Source: Bacteroidota bacterium (lineage in GTDB: Bacteria; Bacteroidota; Bacteroidia; Chitinophagales; Chitinophagaceae). From it: a stretch of DNA of 64,000 bases. Below the pieces are notes generated by a model. That model ran no database searches and was not told the DNA's origin. It was given only the letters and a program-made list of their open reading frames with translations. The stretch covers positions 110,068-174,067 of the forward strand of contig JAFDYF010000051.1 of the NCBI GenBank assembly GCA_018267575.1. Direction: 5' to 3'. A program made the position numbers and the translations under genes. Shown here piece after piece: positions 28,988-40,300 of this stretch (position 1 is its first letter; the number at the start of each line of letters is the position of its first letter).

Positions 28988-30142
28988 ATGCAATTTAATT
29001 TATCGGAAGAACAATTGATGATCCAAAAGGCCGCTCGGGATTTTGCACAAAATGAATGCCTGCCAGGGGTGATTGAGCGGGATGAACAACAAAAATTCCC
29101 AAAAGAATTGATTATGAAACTGGGCGAACTGGGTTTTATGGGTATGATGGTCGACCCCAATTATGGCGGATCCGGCCTGGACACAGTGAGCTATGTGCTG
29201 GCGATGGAGGAAATCAGTAAGGTGGATGCCAGTGTGAGTGTGTGCATGAGCGTTAATAATAGTTTGGTTTGCTGGGGTTTGAACGCCTATGGCACCCATG
29301 AACAAAAGGAAAAATACCTGACCCCACTGGCTCGTGGCAGCAAAAACGGCGATTTGTACATCGGAGCTTTTTTGTTGAGTGAGCCAGAAGCGGGCAGTGA
29401 CGCCAGTTCCCAACGTAGCATTGCTGAAGACAAAGGCGAATATTATTTGTTGAATGGGGTAAAAAATTGGATTACCAATGGTAATTCCGCCAGCGTTTAT
29501 TTGGTAATGGCTCAAACAGATGCATCAAAGGGTAGTAAGGGAATCAATGCATTCATTGTTGAGAAAAGCTGGCCAGGTGTAACGGTTGGGGCAAAAGAAA
29601 ATAAAATGGGTATCCGTGCATCCGATACGCATAGTATTTCTTTCACCGATGTAAAGGTGCCCAAGGCAAACCGGATTGGGGAAAATGGTTTTGGTTTCAC
29701 ATTTGCGATGAGAACATTGGCTGGGGGCCGCATTGGCATTGCTTCCCAAGCATTGGGTATTGCTGCAGGGGCTTATGAACTCTCACTTAAATATGCAAAA
29801 ACACGCAAGGCTTTTGGTAAGGAGATCATGCAGCATCAGGCCATCCAATTCAAGTTGGCCGATATGGCCACACGTATTGAGGCAGCCAGACTTTTGTGTC
29901 TCCGTTCTGCTTGGGAAAAAGATCAGGGCTTGGATTTTGGACAAAGTTCTTCCATGGCAAAAGTATATGCGAGCGAAACGGCCATGTGGGTAGCCACGGA
30001 GGCGGTGCAGATCCATGGGGGCTATGGTTATGTAAAAGAATACCACGTGGAAAGGATGATGCGGGATGCGAAAATCACCCAGATTTATGAAGGCACCAGT
30101 GAAGTGCAGCGGATGGTGATTAGCCGTGCCATATTGAAATGA
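28988..30142 (+). CDS. acyl-CoA dehydrogenase (short/medium-chain type)
   Basis: FAQNECLPGVIERDEQQKFP..., LLSEPEAGSDASS, QIHGGYGYVKEYHVERMMRDAKITQIYEGTSEVQR. About 384 aa. Confidence 0.9.
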   Translation: MQFNLSEEQLMIQKAARDFAQNECLPGVIERDEQQKFPKELIMKLGELGFMGMMVDPNYGGSGLDTVSYVLAMEEISKVDASVSVCMSVNNSLVCWGLNAYGTHEQKEKYLTPLARGSKNGDLYIGAFLLSEPEAGSDASSQRSIAEDKGEYYLLNGVKNWITNGNSASVYLVMAQTDASKGSKGINAFIVEKSWPGVTVGAKENKMGIRASDTHSISFTDVKVPKANRIGENGFGFTFAMRTLAGGRIGIASQALGIAAGAYELSLKYAKTRKAFGKEIMQHQAIQFKLADMATRIEAARLLCLRSAWEKDQGLDFGQSSSMAKVYASETAMWVATEAVQIHGGYGYVKEYHVERMMRDAKITQIYEGTSEVQRMVISRAILK

Positions 30143-30187
30143 TAACACTCTGGGTTTCTAATTTCCTTTCTCCGTTTATTTTTAACT

Positions 30188-30865
30188 ATGGGTATTCATA
30201 AAGAGTTGTTTCTTGAAATTGAGTCTACATGCAAGACAAAGGTGGTTCAATTGGTGGCTGTTTCGAAAACTAAGCCAGTAGAAGATATTATGGAGCTCTA
30301 TGCATTGGGCCATCGCGATTTTGGCGAGAATTATGTACAGGAACTCGTGGACAAGCAAGCTCAATTACCCGCTGATATCCGTTGGCATTTTATCGGCCAC
30401 CTGCAGTCGAATAAAGTGAAATACATTATCCCTTTTGTACACCTGATACATGGGGTAGACAGTCTTAGCTTGCTAAAAGAAATAAATAAGCAAGCGTCTA
30501 AGCATAACCGGGTTGTTGATTGCCTATTGCAGTTGCATATCGCTCAGGAAGAAACCAAGTTTGGGTTGGATAAGGATGAATTGAGGGATATATTGGACAA
30601 CGGCTTAGTCGGTTTGGAAAATATTAAAATCTGTGGGTTAATGGGCATGGCAACCTTTACCAATGATGTGGCCAAAGTGCGAGCTGAGTACCAGTTTTTG
30701 AGGTCTTTGTTTCTACAGTATGAAAATAGGATTACCAAGAATTGCCGTCTACAAATCCTTTCCATGGGCATGAGCGCAGATTATAAAATCGCTATTGAAG
30801 AAGGCAGCAATATGGTTCGGGTAGGAAGCCTGATATTTGGGGAAAGAGACTATCCAAAAAAATAG
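30188..30865 (+). CDS. YggS-family pyridoxal-phosphate homeostasis protein
   Basis: LVAVSKTKP...GHRDFGENYVQEL...WHFIGHLQSNK...SMGMSADY is the family signature. Confidence 0.88.
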   Translation: MGIHKELFLEIESTCKTKVVQLVAVSKTKPVEDIMELYALGHRDFGENYVQELVDKQAQLPADIRWHFIGHLQSNKVKYIIPFVHLIHGVDSLSLLKEINKQASKHNRVVDCLLQLHIAQEETKFGLDKDELRDILDNGLVGLENIKICGLMGMATFTNDVAKVRAEYQFLRSLFLQYENRITKNCRLQILSMGMSADYKIAIEEGSNMVRVGSLIFGERDYPKK

Positions 30866-31035
30866 AAAAATTACGACGATAAATAAATTTATGGTTAGCG
30901 CCTGCTCCATTCCCTTATGGATCTCGTTTGGAATATGTGAACTAAACTGGACTGTATCAAAAAGGGAATCGGCGAAAAGTTTTTAATTTTGATATCAGCA
31001 GGCTTGATGATTTTAGAATAAACTAAAACGATTGT

Positions 31036-31473
31036 ATGAGCAATACCGCACTTGTGATTGAAACGCTGTATGACGCCCCTGTCACAAAAGTCTGGAAAGC
31101 GCTTACCGACCATGACGAAATGAAAAAATGGTATTTTAATATGGCTTCATTAAAACCGGAAGTTGGTTTTGAATTTCAGTTTACGGGTGGCCGGCCAGAT
31201 GGTGAGCAATATGTTCATCTCTGTAAGGTCACTGAGGTGGTTCAGAATAAAAAAATAGCCTATAGCTGGGCCTATCAAGGATATTCCGGATATTCTATCG
31301 TGATGTTTGAGCTTTTTGCCGAAGGCACTACGACAAGATTGAAACTCACGCATGAAGCATTGGAAAGTTTTCCGGCTGATAACCCCGATTTTGATAAAAA
31401 GAATTTTGTGGAAGGTTGGACCTATATTACAGGTAAGTCCCTCAAACAATTTGTAGAGCAGGTATCAGCATAA
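31036..31473 (+). CDS. SRPBCC-superfamily protein (Aha1/activator of Hsp90 ATPase homolog-like)
   Basis: LYDAPVTKVWKALTDHDEMKKWYF with a C-terminal ...FVEGWTYITGKSLKQFVE pattern. About 145 aa. Confidence 0.7.
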   Translation: MSNTALVIETLYDAPVTKVWKALTDHDEMKKWYFNMASLKPEVGFEFQFTGGRPDGEQYVHLCKVTEVVQNKKIAYSWAYQGYSGYSIVMFELFAEGTTTRLKLTHEALESFPADNPDFDKKNFVEGWTYITGKSLKQFVEQVSA

Positions 31474-31625
31474 GCCACATGTTCATAGTACAGTATAAAA
31501 GTTTTTTTTGCACTGACAAGCCTTAAACTTTTTTTCTCAATATAGCCTTAGGGGTTGAATGCGCCTGTTCTATGGGTAAAATAAGTTACCCCCTATTTAT
31601 TCTAAAGCGGATTACTCATTTTTTT

Positions 31626-31633
31626 TACCTTTG
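31626..31633 (+). promoter_or_regulatory. candidate -7 promoter box TACCTTTG for the SulP transporter
   Basis: TAnnTTTG match ending 8 nt before the ATG at 31642. Confidence 0.4.
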
Positions 31634-31641
31634 CGCCCAAG

Positions 31642-33201
31642 ATGAGATTAGCCAACCGCCGGACAAGGTTTTATTACCTGTCATTTATCAAGTACGATTT
31701 TAAAGCGAGTATCACTGTTTTTTTTGTTGCACTTCCTCTTTGTCTAGGTATTTCACTTGCATCTAATGCGCCTGTATATTCTGGTCTCCTTTCGGGTATA
31801 TTGGGGGGCATCGTAGTTTCGTTGATCAGTAAATCGGAATTGAGTGTTAGTGGCCCTGCCGCCGGCCTTACCGCTATTTGTGCGGCTGCCATCACGCAAT
31901 TGGGGTCTATTGAAATTTTCTTTCTATCAGTTTCTGTAGCCGGCTTACTACAGGTGTTGCTCGGTATTTTCAAGTTGGGTGGCTTTACCCATTTTATTCC
32001 ATCTTCTGTGATCAAGGGTATGTTGGCGGCTATTGGCATTATCCTGATATCAAAACAAGTGCCTTTGATTATCGGTTATGCAGAACCGGACTTTTGGACA
32101 AACCAGCTTTTCAATATTATCACGTTCAACCACGGTTTTGAGCATATCGGGAATCTGTATCAAAGCATGTCCTGGGGTGCTATTGTGATTACCATACTAT
32201 CACTAATTGTGGTGGTAGGCTGGAATAAAAAGTTGGCATCCAAGCTGCCTTTTTTGCCGATATCATTTGTGGTGGTATTGCTAGGGGTATTGCTTTCTCT
32301 GCTCTTCAATCATTTTTTCCCAGTATTAAAACTGAAGCCAACGCAGTTTGTGAACGTTCCGCACAATATGCTCTCACAAACAAAACTTCCTGCATTCCAT
32401 GCGCTTTTCAGTAATGCGGAGATATGGAAAAACGGTGTGGTGATTTGTTTTGTGGCCACTTTGGAAACCTTGTTAAGTATTACCGCTGTTGATAAACTAG
32501 ACCCTTACAACCGCATCACTCCCCAAAACCGGGAACTGGTTGCACAAGGCACTGCCAATTTCATGAGTGGACTTTTGGGTGGCCTGCCCATAACGGCGGT
32601 GATCGTACGTAGTTCAGCAAATGCAGAAGCGGGTGCCAAAACAAAATTGTCTGCTTTTACACATGGAATCTGGTTGCTCTTGGTGGTGTTGTTGGCAGTT
32701 GATGTGATCAATCTGATCCCCTATTGCGTATTGGCCGTTATATTAATACGCACCGGCTATAATCTGGCAAGGCCCCAAATGATCTATGCTGTATATAAAC
32801 AGGGGAGGGAACAGTTCATGCCATTCATCATCACGGTAATTTCCATATTGCTTACCGATTTGTTGATTGGTGTGGTAATTGGGATTATTTACGCCATTTA
32901 TTTTTTGATCAAGCATACTTATCGGGCTGGGTTTACTGTAAAAGAAAAGATGGAGGATGATCAAACGCATTTGGTTATTGAACTGGCCTTGAATGTGAGC
33001 TTCCTCAACAAGAAAAAGTTTATTGAAATGCTTGATAAAATCCCTGAACATGCAATAGTTGAAATTATTGGTACCGACAGCGTATATATCGATCGTGATG
33101 TGTTGGAGATATTTCAGGATTTTAAATCGAAAGCCCGGCATAAAAATATTCAACTAACACTTAAGGATATCCCAGAAGTAGAAACCATCGAGATTCACTA
33201 A
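31642..33201 (+). CDS. SulP-family inorganic anion transporter with C-terminal STAS domain
   Basis: DFKASITVFFVALPLCLGISLASNAP, polytopic core, and a C-terminal STAS-like segment ...HLVIELALNVSFLNKKKFIEMLDKIP. Confidence 0.85.
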   Translation: MRLANRRTRFYYLSFIKYDFKASITVFFVALPLCLGISLASNAPVYSGLLSGILGGIVVSLISKSELSVSGPAAGLTAICAAAITQLGSIEIFFLSVSVAGLLQVLLGIFKLGGFTHFIPSSVIKGMLAAIGIILISKQVPLIIGYAEPDFWTNQLFNIITFNHGFEHIGNLYQSMSWGAIVITILSLIVVVGWNKKLASKLPFLPISFVVVLLGVLLSLLFNHFFPVLKLKPTQFVNVPHNMLSQTKLPAFHALFSNAEIWKNGVVICFVATLETLLSITAVDKLDPYNRITPQNRELVAQGTANFMSGLLGGLPITAVIVRSSANAEAGAKTKLSAFTHGIWLLLVVLLAVDVINLIPYCVLAVILIRTGYNLARPQMIYAVYKQGREQFMPFIITVISILLTDLLIGVVIGIIYAIYFLIKHTYRAGFTVKEKMEDDQTHLVIELALNVSFLNKKKFIEMLDKIPEHAIVEIIGTDSVYIDRDVLEIFQDFKSKARHKNIQLTLKDIPEVETIEIH

Positions 33202-33342
33202 AACGGGAAAAGCCAATTTTAATCACGCCTTCTATCTCCATCTTAAAGATTCCTTAATTTAAGTGGTTGCAGATTTCATCATTAAACTTTCTTTCTGATT
33301 TACTTTCTATCAATCATTGTTTGAAACTAAAAAATCAGAAAA

Positions 33343-33678
33343 ATGAAAACAAAAATTTTACTTTCGTCAATGGCTTTTATAGCCTGCATAGGTATGTCAA
33401 CCGTTAGTTTTGCCCAAGATGGCCGTTTGGCTGAAAACCATCAACGCCACGATCAGGTAAATGACCGGTTGGCTAACCAACATGCCCGCATTCATGATAA
33501 ATTAGAAGATGGGCGCATGAGCAGAAATGATTCCTATCGTTTGCATCGTGAAGACCATGGCATTCGCATGGAAGAAAGAGGAATGGCTTCAAGGGATAAC
33601 GGTCACATCAACAATTATGATCAGCATAGGCTCAACCGTCAGGAGAACCACGTAAGCAGGCAGATAAAAAGGCATTAA
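33343..33678 (+). CDS. small secreted Arg/His/Asn/Asp-rich protein (hypothetical)
   Basis: Signal peptide MKTKILLSSMAFIACIGMSTVSFAQ. The mature part is low-complexity with repeated NDRLxxQ/HRLNRQ-type motifs, and a strong terminator follows. Confidence 0.6.
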   Translation: MKTKILLSSMAFIACIGMSTVSFAQDGRLAENHQRHDQVNDRLANQHARIHDKLEDGRMSRNDSYRLHREDHGIRMEERGMASRDNGHINNYDQHRLNRQENHVSRQIKRH

Positions 33679-33693
33679 TTCATACAAAAAAAA

Positions 33694-33724
33694 ATAAGGC
33701 TGCAGAAAAAATCTGCAGCCTTAT
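33694..33724. terminator. bidirectional intrinsic terminator
   Basis: Perfect 12-bp stem ataaggctgcag / ctgcagccttat with a 7-nt loop, an A-run upstream and a T-run downstream, between convergent genes. Confidence 0.9.
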
Positions 33725-33736
33725 TTTTTTTAAATC

Positions 33737-35131
33737 CTATTGTTTAAATATTTTTTCATTATATACAGCACCGCCTGATGTTTGTATGTGCAATATATAA
33801 GCCCCAGTTTGCAGGTTGCTCATATCGATGCTGTTATTGCCCTGTTGCAGCAAAACGTTTTTAATCTCTTTGCCAAACAAATCAAATAGCTGAGCATGGG
33901 TGCTATAGTCTGTCCCATTGTTTTGAATGGTCACGCTGTTTTTAACAGGGTTGGGCCAAACCGAGATTTTTATGGTTGATTCGATGCTCACCATTTTGAT
34001 GGCAGAGTAATCTTCTTCCATGTCAAAGTTTTCTGCAAGGATGCGATAATAGTTATTGCCTGGCAAGAGGTTTGCATCTATACTAGCGTAGGATGTTTGG
34101 GTGATATCATACGTGATATAATCAATCGTGGTCCAGCTACTGTTATTATTGCTTTTTTCAACATAGAACCCCTTAACGTTTTTGGCATTGTCAATATTCC
34201 AGTTGAGAGTGACCTGATTTTTGTTTTCGTTTAGACCTACTGAAAAGGATGACCATGTTAAGGGCAAAATCCCAAATGGGAAACTGCAGGAAGTAAGGTC
34301 GGCGGTTACGTTGGTGTTACTTAAGGTCGCTATTTTAGTTAAGGTGCTTGTGTTCGAAAGTCGGTATAGAACTGCTGAAACGGTTATCATATATAAATTG
34401 CCAAAGGCATCAAAAGCCATGCCTTGGAAACTAGATCTCGCCGGAGTAGGAGTGGTAGGTGCAATTATCCTCGTTGCTTTCATGCTTGCCGTGGCTACTT
34501 TTGGTAAGGGGGCGCTTATTTTGTAAAGGGAATAGTTGGAGCTACTTGATGGCAATATCCAAAGGTTTCCCAACCCGTCAATAGCCATGTCGCCAGAAGT
34601 CTGACTTTTTATGATCGATGTAACGCTAGCATTATATTGATCTACCAAATTGGAGTTGATGGTTACCCATTTATTGGTGCCAATATTATAATAATACAAT
34701 ACCCCGTTTACATCAAGGCAATAATAGCCGGTTCCATCAAAACTAACACAACCAGCATGCACTGAAGCCGAGGTAGGGCTGGCTGCTAATACAGTGTATG
34801 TTTTACTTACAGGGTTATAACTTACAAATTGCTGGGTAGTAAGAGGAGCGGGATTGATTTTGAAATAATAAAACATCCCATTTACGGGATTATATCCTAT
34901 GGCATTACTTTGGCTTGGGGCGGGCGAAGAATAAGCTGTTGTGTTTATAAGCCCTCCTACCGATCCGGTAGTTGAATTGATTGGGTAAATAGAACCTGAA
35001 GAAGTAATGCCAAAAATATTATTGCCAGTCCCGCAAACCTGTGCTTCCGATTTTAGTATTCCCAAGCTATATAAACCCAGAAATAAAACGGGGATTTTAC
35101 TTGTCAGTAATTTGTTCCAATTGCTGTTCAT
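33737..35131 (-). CDS. secreted protein of unknown function with T9SS type-A C-terminal sorting domain
   Basis: The probable start is the ATG at 35131 (MNSNWNKLLTSKIPVLFLGLYSLGILKSEAQ), although the ORF is open to 35188. The C-terminus ISVWPNPVKNSVTIQ...LQTGAYILHIQT...KIFKQ resembles a Por_Secre_tail. Confidence 0.8.
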   Translation of the reverse strand: MNSNWNKLLTSKIPVLFLGLYSLGILKSEAQVCGTGNNIFGITSSGSIYPINSTTGSVGGLINTTAYSSPAPSQSNAIGYNPVNGMFYYFKINPAPLTTQQFVSYNPVSKTYTVLAASPTSASVHAGCVSFDGTGYYCLDVNGVLYYYNIGTNKWVTINSNLVDQYNASVTSIIKSQTSGDMAIDGLGNLWILPSSSSNYSLYKISAPLPKVATASMKATRIIAPTTPTPARSSFQGMAFDAFGNLYMITVSAVLYRLSNTSTLTKIATLSNTNVTADLTSCSFPFGILPLTWSSFSVGLNENKNQVTLNWNIDNAKNVKGFYVEKSNNNSSWTTIDYITYDITQTSYASIDANLLPGNNYYRILAENFDMEEDYSAIKMVSIESTIKISVWPNPVKNSVTIQNNGTDYSTHAQLFDLFGKEIKNVLLQQGNNSIDMSNLQTGAYILHIQTSGGAVYNEKIFKQ

Positions 35132-35310
35132 AGCAAATAAGTTTAGGGAAAAGTTTAGTTGTATAGATTTTCCAGAGGAGAGTATCAATTAGGCACTTAA
35201 AACGTGCCATAAAAAAACGGGTTGCATATCAAGCAAATAAGCTCAATATGAAAAAGGGGAAATCCCAATTGTGGAAAAAAAGTACTATTCTAGGAAATAG
35301 AAAGGATTCT

Positions 35311-35784
35311 TTAATTTATTTCCTTTAGAAAATCAAGGCTTTGGTAAGTTTCATAATGTACGGGCACTTTAAACTTAAATCCCGATCTTTTTAATTTGAC
35401 AAAGCCTTCGGCGTTGATTTTGGTCTTGCCATTCAATAACAACTTTAAGGCATTGCTGAACAAACTGTTGAGGTTGACCGCTGCAGATACGGGTATATAA
35501 AAACTATCTTTTTTTGGGATGTTAATGGTAGAGTCAAGAACACAATGGGCCGCTTGGCGATCGTCCAAAAGAAAAATGATATCGGCATGTATCAACTGCA
35601 GCGGATAGTCATTGGGGTTATAGAGTCTCACATTTGCAGAAACCTGCGATTGGTTTGCCCCATCTTTATTTATATTTAAATTATCGATGCCCAAAAACTG
35701 AGGTTCCTGAGGCTTACTGCATCCGGTAATAAATAGGATGGCAGCGGTCATAACAAATAGGAGCGAGGGGACTACTTTTTTCAT
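35311..35784 (-). CDS. LEA_2 (NDR1/HIN1-like, water-stress/hypersensitive-response domain) lipoprotein
   Basis: Lipobox MKKVVPSLLFVMTAAILFITGC. VRLYNPNDYPLQLIHADIIFLLDDRQ resembles the LEA14-like fold motif. The ORF is open to 35814, but the ATG at 35784 gives the signal peptide. Confidence 0.55.
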   Translation of the reverse strand: MKKVVPSLLFVMTAAILFITGCSKPQEPQFLGIDNLNINKDGANQSQVSANVRLYNPNDYPLQLIHADIIFLLDDRQAAHCVLDSTINIPKKDSFYIPVSAAVNLNSLFSNALKLLLNGKTKINAEGFVKLKRSGFKFKVPVHYETYQSLDFLKEIN

Positions 35785-36029
35785 ACTGCAATGTAAAAGA
35801 ACTGGGCAATACAATAAGTTAATAGGCGGCTAAATCTTTTAAAATCTAATAAGGACAACAAGTTCATGCGGCCCAAAAATAATGGCGATTGAAACAGTGA
35901 GCCTGTGCTTGCATAATATGGACAAACGAAATGGTTGAACTGACATTTATATTTAATATCTTCTTTGAACAGGCTCAGGGTATTGAAAAAAAATGATCCT
36001 AACTGGGATGGATTCAATAATTTGCCTGC

Positions 36030-37196
36030 ATGGTGTTTATAAGAACAAGAAATCTATTTAAGGAATTTTTTGACAGTGAGAAGGCTGGTGGACTGATATT
36101 GATTATTTGTACTGTCATTTCTTTGGTTATTGCCAACTCAAATATCGGTGATGCCTATCTGCATTTTTGGCATCAACATCTCGATTTATCTTTTTTAAAT
36201 ATCAAGTTAGATTATTCTGCTGAAGAATGGGTGAACGATGGGTTGATGACCATTTTCTTTTTGCTGGTAGGTTTGGAGATAGAACGCGAGCTTTATGTAG
36301 GAGAGTTGTCTGTTTTTAAAAATGCGCTGCTTCCCATACTGGCTGCTTTTGGTGGCATGTTGGTACCAGCGCTCATCCATTTTGGGTTTAATCATGATTT
36401 ACCAACCCGTTCAGGTATGGGCATTCCCATGGCAACCGATATTGCTTTTGCCTTGGGGGTGCTTTCCCTTGCAGGTAACCGGGTGCCTGCTTCTGTAAAA
36501 GTATTTCTGACCGCGGTAGCAATCATTGATGATTTGGGGGCCGTAATCATTATTGCTGTTTTTTATACAAAGTCGCTTTCTTTATTTTACCTCTTTGTAT
36601 CGTTGGGTATGTTTGCACTGATGATCCTCTTTAATAAGTTGAAGTTACGAAACCTGTTTTTTTATATAATCCCGGGGATTGTGATGTGGTATTTTATGCT
36701 CAAATCGGGTGTGCATGCTACCATTAGCGGCGTTTTGCTTGCTTTTGCGATCCCTTTCGATAAAAGGGGCATCCATCCATCCGCTATTGTGCAGCATTTT
36801 TTGCATAAGCCTGTGGCCTATTTACTTTTGCCGATTTTTGCTTTGGCGAATACAGGTATATTGCTGTCCAATGATTGGTACAAGTCCTTAGAAAGTAGCA
36901 ATAGCTTAGGTATCATTGCGGGACTCTTCATCGGCAAACCTTTGGGTATCGCTCTTATTTGTTTTGCCGCACTGAAAATGAAGATCTGTGGTTTTCCTGA
37001 ACAAATGGGTTGGAAACATTTATCGGGTATTTGCGTACTTGCTGGCATTGGGTTTACCATGTCAATTTTTATTGCAAACCTTGCTTTCGATTCACCTGAG
37101 CTTATTCGTGATTCGAAAATTGCTATTCTAACAGCCTCTTTGCTGTCAGGTCTTATCGGTTTTGTCTTATTGACAAGGATACCCCGAAAAGTTTGA
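36030..37196 (+). CDS. nhaA: Na+/H+ antiporter NhaA
   Basis: GGLILIICTVISLVIANS, WVNDGLMTIFFLLVGLEIERE, AIIDDLGAVIIIAVFYT. About 388 aa. Confidence 0.9.
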   Translation: MVFIRTRNLFKEFFDSEKAGGLILIICTVISLVIANSNIGDAYLHFWHQHLDLSFLNIKLDYSAEEWVNDGLMTIFFLLVGLEIERELYVGELSVFKNALLPILAAFGGMLVPALIHFGFNHDLPTRSGMGIPMATDIAFALGVLSLAGNRVPASVKVFLTAVAIIDDLGAVIIIAVFYTKSLSLFYLFVSLGMFALMILFNKLKLRNLFFYIIPGIVMWYFMLKSGVHATISGVLLAFAIPFDKRGIHPSAIVQHFLHKPVAYLLLPIFALANTGILLSNDWYKSLESSNSLGIIAGLFIGKPLGIALICFAALKMKICGFPEQMGWKHLSGICVLAGIGFTMSIFIANLAFDSPELIRDSKIAILTASLLSGLIGFVLLTRIPRKV

Positions 37197-37335
37197 TAAC
37201 CAGTTTAAAATAATAGTCCTGAAAAGGCGTTTATTGATGTTTATGAGCACAGTTTCCTCAAAATAACAGTTAAGTTAATTACTGTTTTGGATTTTAATTA
37301 AACCGATTACCCCGAGCCATTAAACTGGATTGTGA

Positions 37336-40300
37336 ATGAAAAATTGCTACGCTTTCCTTCTTTGCTTATTTATAACCACAACTAGCTTATTTGCCCAGAA
37401 AAAACTGCCACCAATTAAGTTGAAAGCAGGTGAATTTTCAAGGGGTAAGAACCTGCTAAAAAGCAATACATCAAAAGATATATGGTCAACAACAAGGTTT
37501 CAAAATAAAATATATAGTGTAATCCAATTTGATAAAACCCCAACGGTTTTTGATAGAAAACAGTTAACTGATCAAGGCATTCATCTCTATGGCTATATGC
37601 CGGGGAATGCATTCATGGCCGAACTACCAGAATCTTTTTCACAGGATGGGTTTGGGAATAGCTTTATTGCTGGAGCCTATCATATCGATCGAAAGTTTAA
37701 AATTTCCCCAAATGTTTCAGAAAGCATTTCGTCCTATTCAGCAGACCCTAAGCATGCAATCGCAGTAAGTTTTTTTGGGTCTTTGAAAAAAGAAGATGTT
37801 TCAAAGGAACTGACGAACTTAGGTGCAAACATTCTCTCTACAAAAATACAACCTGATCAAGTTGTTTTTATTAAGGCTTCGGCCGATGTTTTGGATAAAA
37901 TAGCCGCACTGCCATTCGTGTCGTATATCAATACACAGGTATTAAAAGATGAACCGTTGAATTATTATGATCATGGTTTTCATTCTTTGGATGCACTGGC
38001 TGCGTTTTCTGGGAGAAACCTTCAAGGTAAAAATGTTACCATTGGCATTGGCGATGATGCCGACCCATCCTCACATATCGATTTTACAGGAAGGCTGATA
38101 TTGCGTACACCCAATCCGGTAAACTATCATGGTACCCATACTGCAGGCACAGCCGCAGGCGCGGGCTTATTGAATCCCAAATACAAGGGCATGGCTCCCA
38201 AAGCAACATTGGTGAGCCAGAGCTTTAGTGATATCATTGTGAATGCGCCTGTTTATATGAACGATTTTGACATGGTACTCACCAACAATTCTTATTATAC
38301 GGGAGCCAATGGCTGTTCGGGTGATGGGGAATACGATGTACTGAGTAATTATATTGATGGGCAGGTAGTTCAATCGGATTCTCTTTTGCATGTGTTTGCA
38401 GCGGGTAATGATGGTGGGCTAACTTGTTCGCCGTATCCCCAAGCATTTAATACTATTAAGTCTGGGTTTCAGTCGGCGAAGAATGTGCTGACCGTTGGGA
38501 ATATCGATTATTACTATTATGTGGTTACCCCTTTATCGAGCCACGGGCCAGTAAATGATGGAAGGCTGAAGCCGGAAATTATGGGTGCAGGATCATTTAT
38601 CCAATCGACCTATCCTTATAACACTTATGGCTCTGGCAGCGGAACAAGTATGTCTTGCCCTGCAGTAACAGGTACCATGGCCTTGTTGTATGAACGTTAT
38701 CGGCAATTGCATGGGGGTGCAAGCCCTTCATCTGCATTGATAAAAGCCGTTGCCTGTAACGGTGCCGACGATATGGGAAATGCGGGGCCCGATTTTACCT
38801 ATGGTTTTGGCAGACTGAATGCACGAACAGCCGTGGAAGCAATCGAAAACAATCATTATTTTACAGGTACGGTCGATAATGCCGGAAACAATACCCATCT
38901 GCTCAATTCGGTTCCAGCAGGGACCCAGCAAATCAAAATCATGCTATATTGGAACGATGTGCCCGCCGCGGCCAACGCTGCCAGTGCATTGGTTAATAAT
39001 CTGGATTTAACGGTTACCGAACCCAATGGTACAACCACCCACTATCCCTTGATATTAAACCCTGCCCCCTCGCATGTGAACGATTTAGCTGTTGAAGGAG
39101 TGGATAATGTGAATAATATCGAGCAGGTAGTGATTTACAATCCGCCTGCAGGAAATTTTACCATTCATGTGAAAGGGACCAACGTGCCAATGGGACCACA
39201 GAATTATGTGGTTGCTTATGAGATTGTCAGCCCTTCCGTAACGGTAGAATACCCATTTGGAAATGAAACTTTAGTACCGGGGGAGAGCGAGATCATCCGT
39301 TGGAGTGCCTATGGTGGGGAACCTAATAGTTTCAATATTAATTACTCAATAGATAATGGCACTAACTGGATTCCAATTGCGAATGGGGTTGATGCTTCTG
39401 CAAGGTCATTTACATGGATCGTGCCTAATACGATTACGAATCAGGCATTGGTGCAGGTGATAAGGAATGGCGTTAATTATAGCGATGTGAGCGATTATAA
39501 TTTTACCATTTTAGGTCAGCCTACTTTAACGATTACGAACCCATGCCAAACTTATGCGCAGCTTGTATGGAACAAAATCAATGGGGCTGCCAGTTATGAG
39601 GTCATGATGTTGAAGGGAGATAGCATGCAAACCATTGCCAGCACTACAGATACTACTTATTTATTGCAAGGGCAGCGACAGGGTAGCAATCAGTGGCTAT
39701 CGGTGCGAGCCATCAATGGCGGTGTTGCCGGGCGCCGCGCTATTGCTGCCAATTTGGTTTCGACGAGCACTACATCCTGTTCATTCATCAATAATGATTT
39801 TACTGTAGATTCTCTCATCTCGCCACTTACCGGACGTCAATATACCTCAACACAGTTGGGCAACGCCCAACCAATAAAAATCGAGCTGAAAAATTTAGGA
39901 AGCCTCTCTTCATCAGTGCCTATTCTGGTATCCTATCAGGTAAATGGGGGAGCAGTGGTCACTGAAAATATTTCTTCAAGCATTGCAAGTGGTTCTATTT
40001 ATGATTATACATTTAGTGCTCCTTATGATTTTTCTGCTGTAGGCTCTTATACCATCAAAACCTGGGTCAGTTATCCAACAGACAGCTTGCATGAGAACGA
40101 TACGCTTACGGCTACCATCAAAAATTTACAGAACGATCCGATCCTATTAAGCCCAACTTTTACTGAAGGTTTTGAAAATGCTTCGATAGGGACTTATTAT
40201 AACGGTACCCTTGGTTTCACAGGATTGGACCGGTGCGACTTTTTTTCAAGCAGTTCCAATGGAAGGGCAAGAACCTATATCAATACAGGTTTTGCCAGAA

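Noticed and set aside
29000-29515. 171-aa minus-strand ORF
   Set aside because: It is antisense to the clearly homologous acyl-CoA dehydrogenase gene, so it is a shadow ORF.
35781-36017. 78-aa minus-strand ORF upstream of nhaA
   Set aside because: It overlaps the start of the LEA_2 gene region and the nhaA promoter region, and it has no signal, motif or sensible context.
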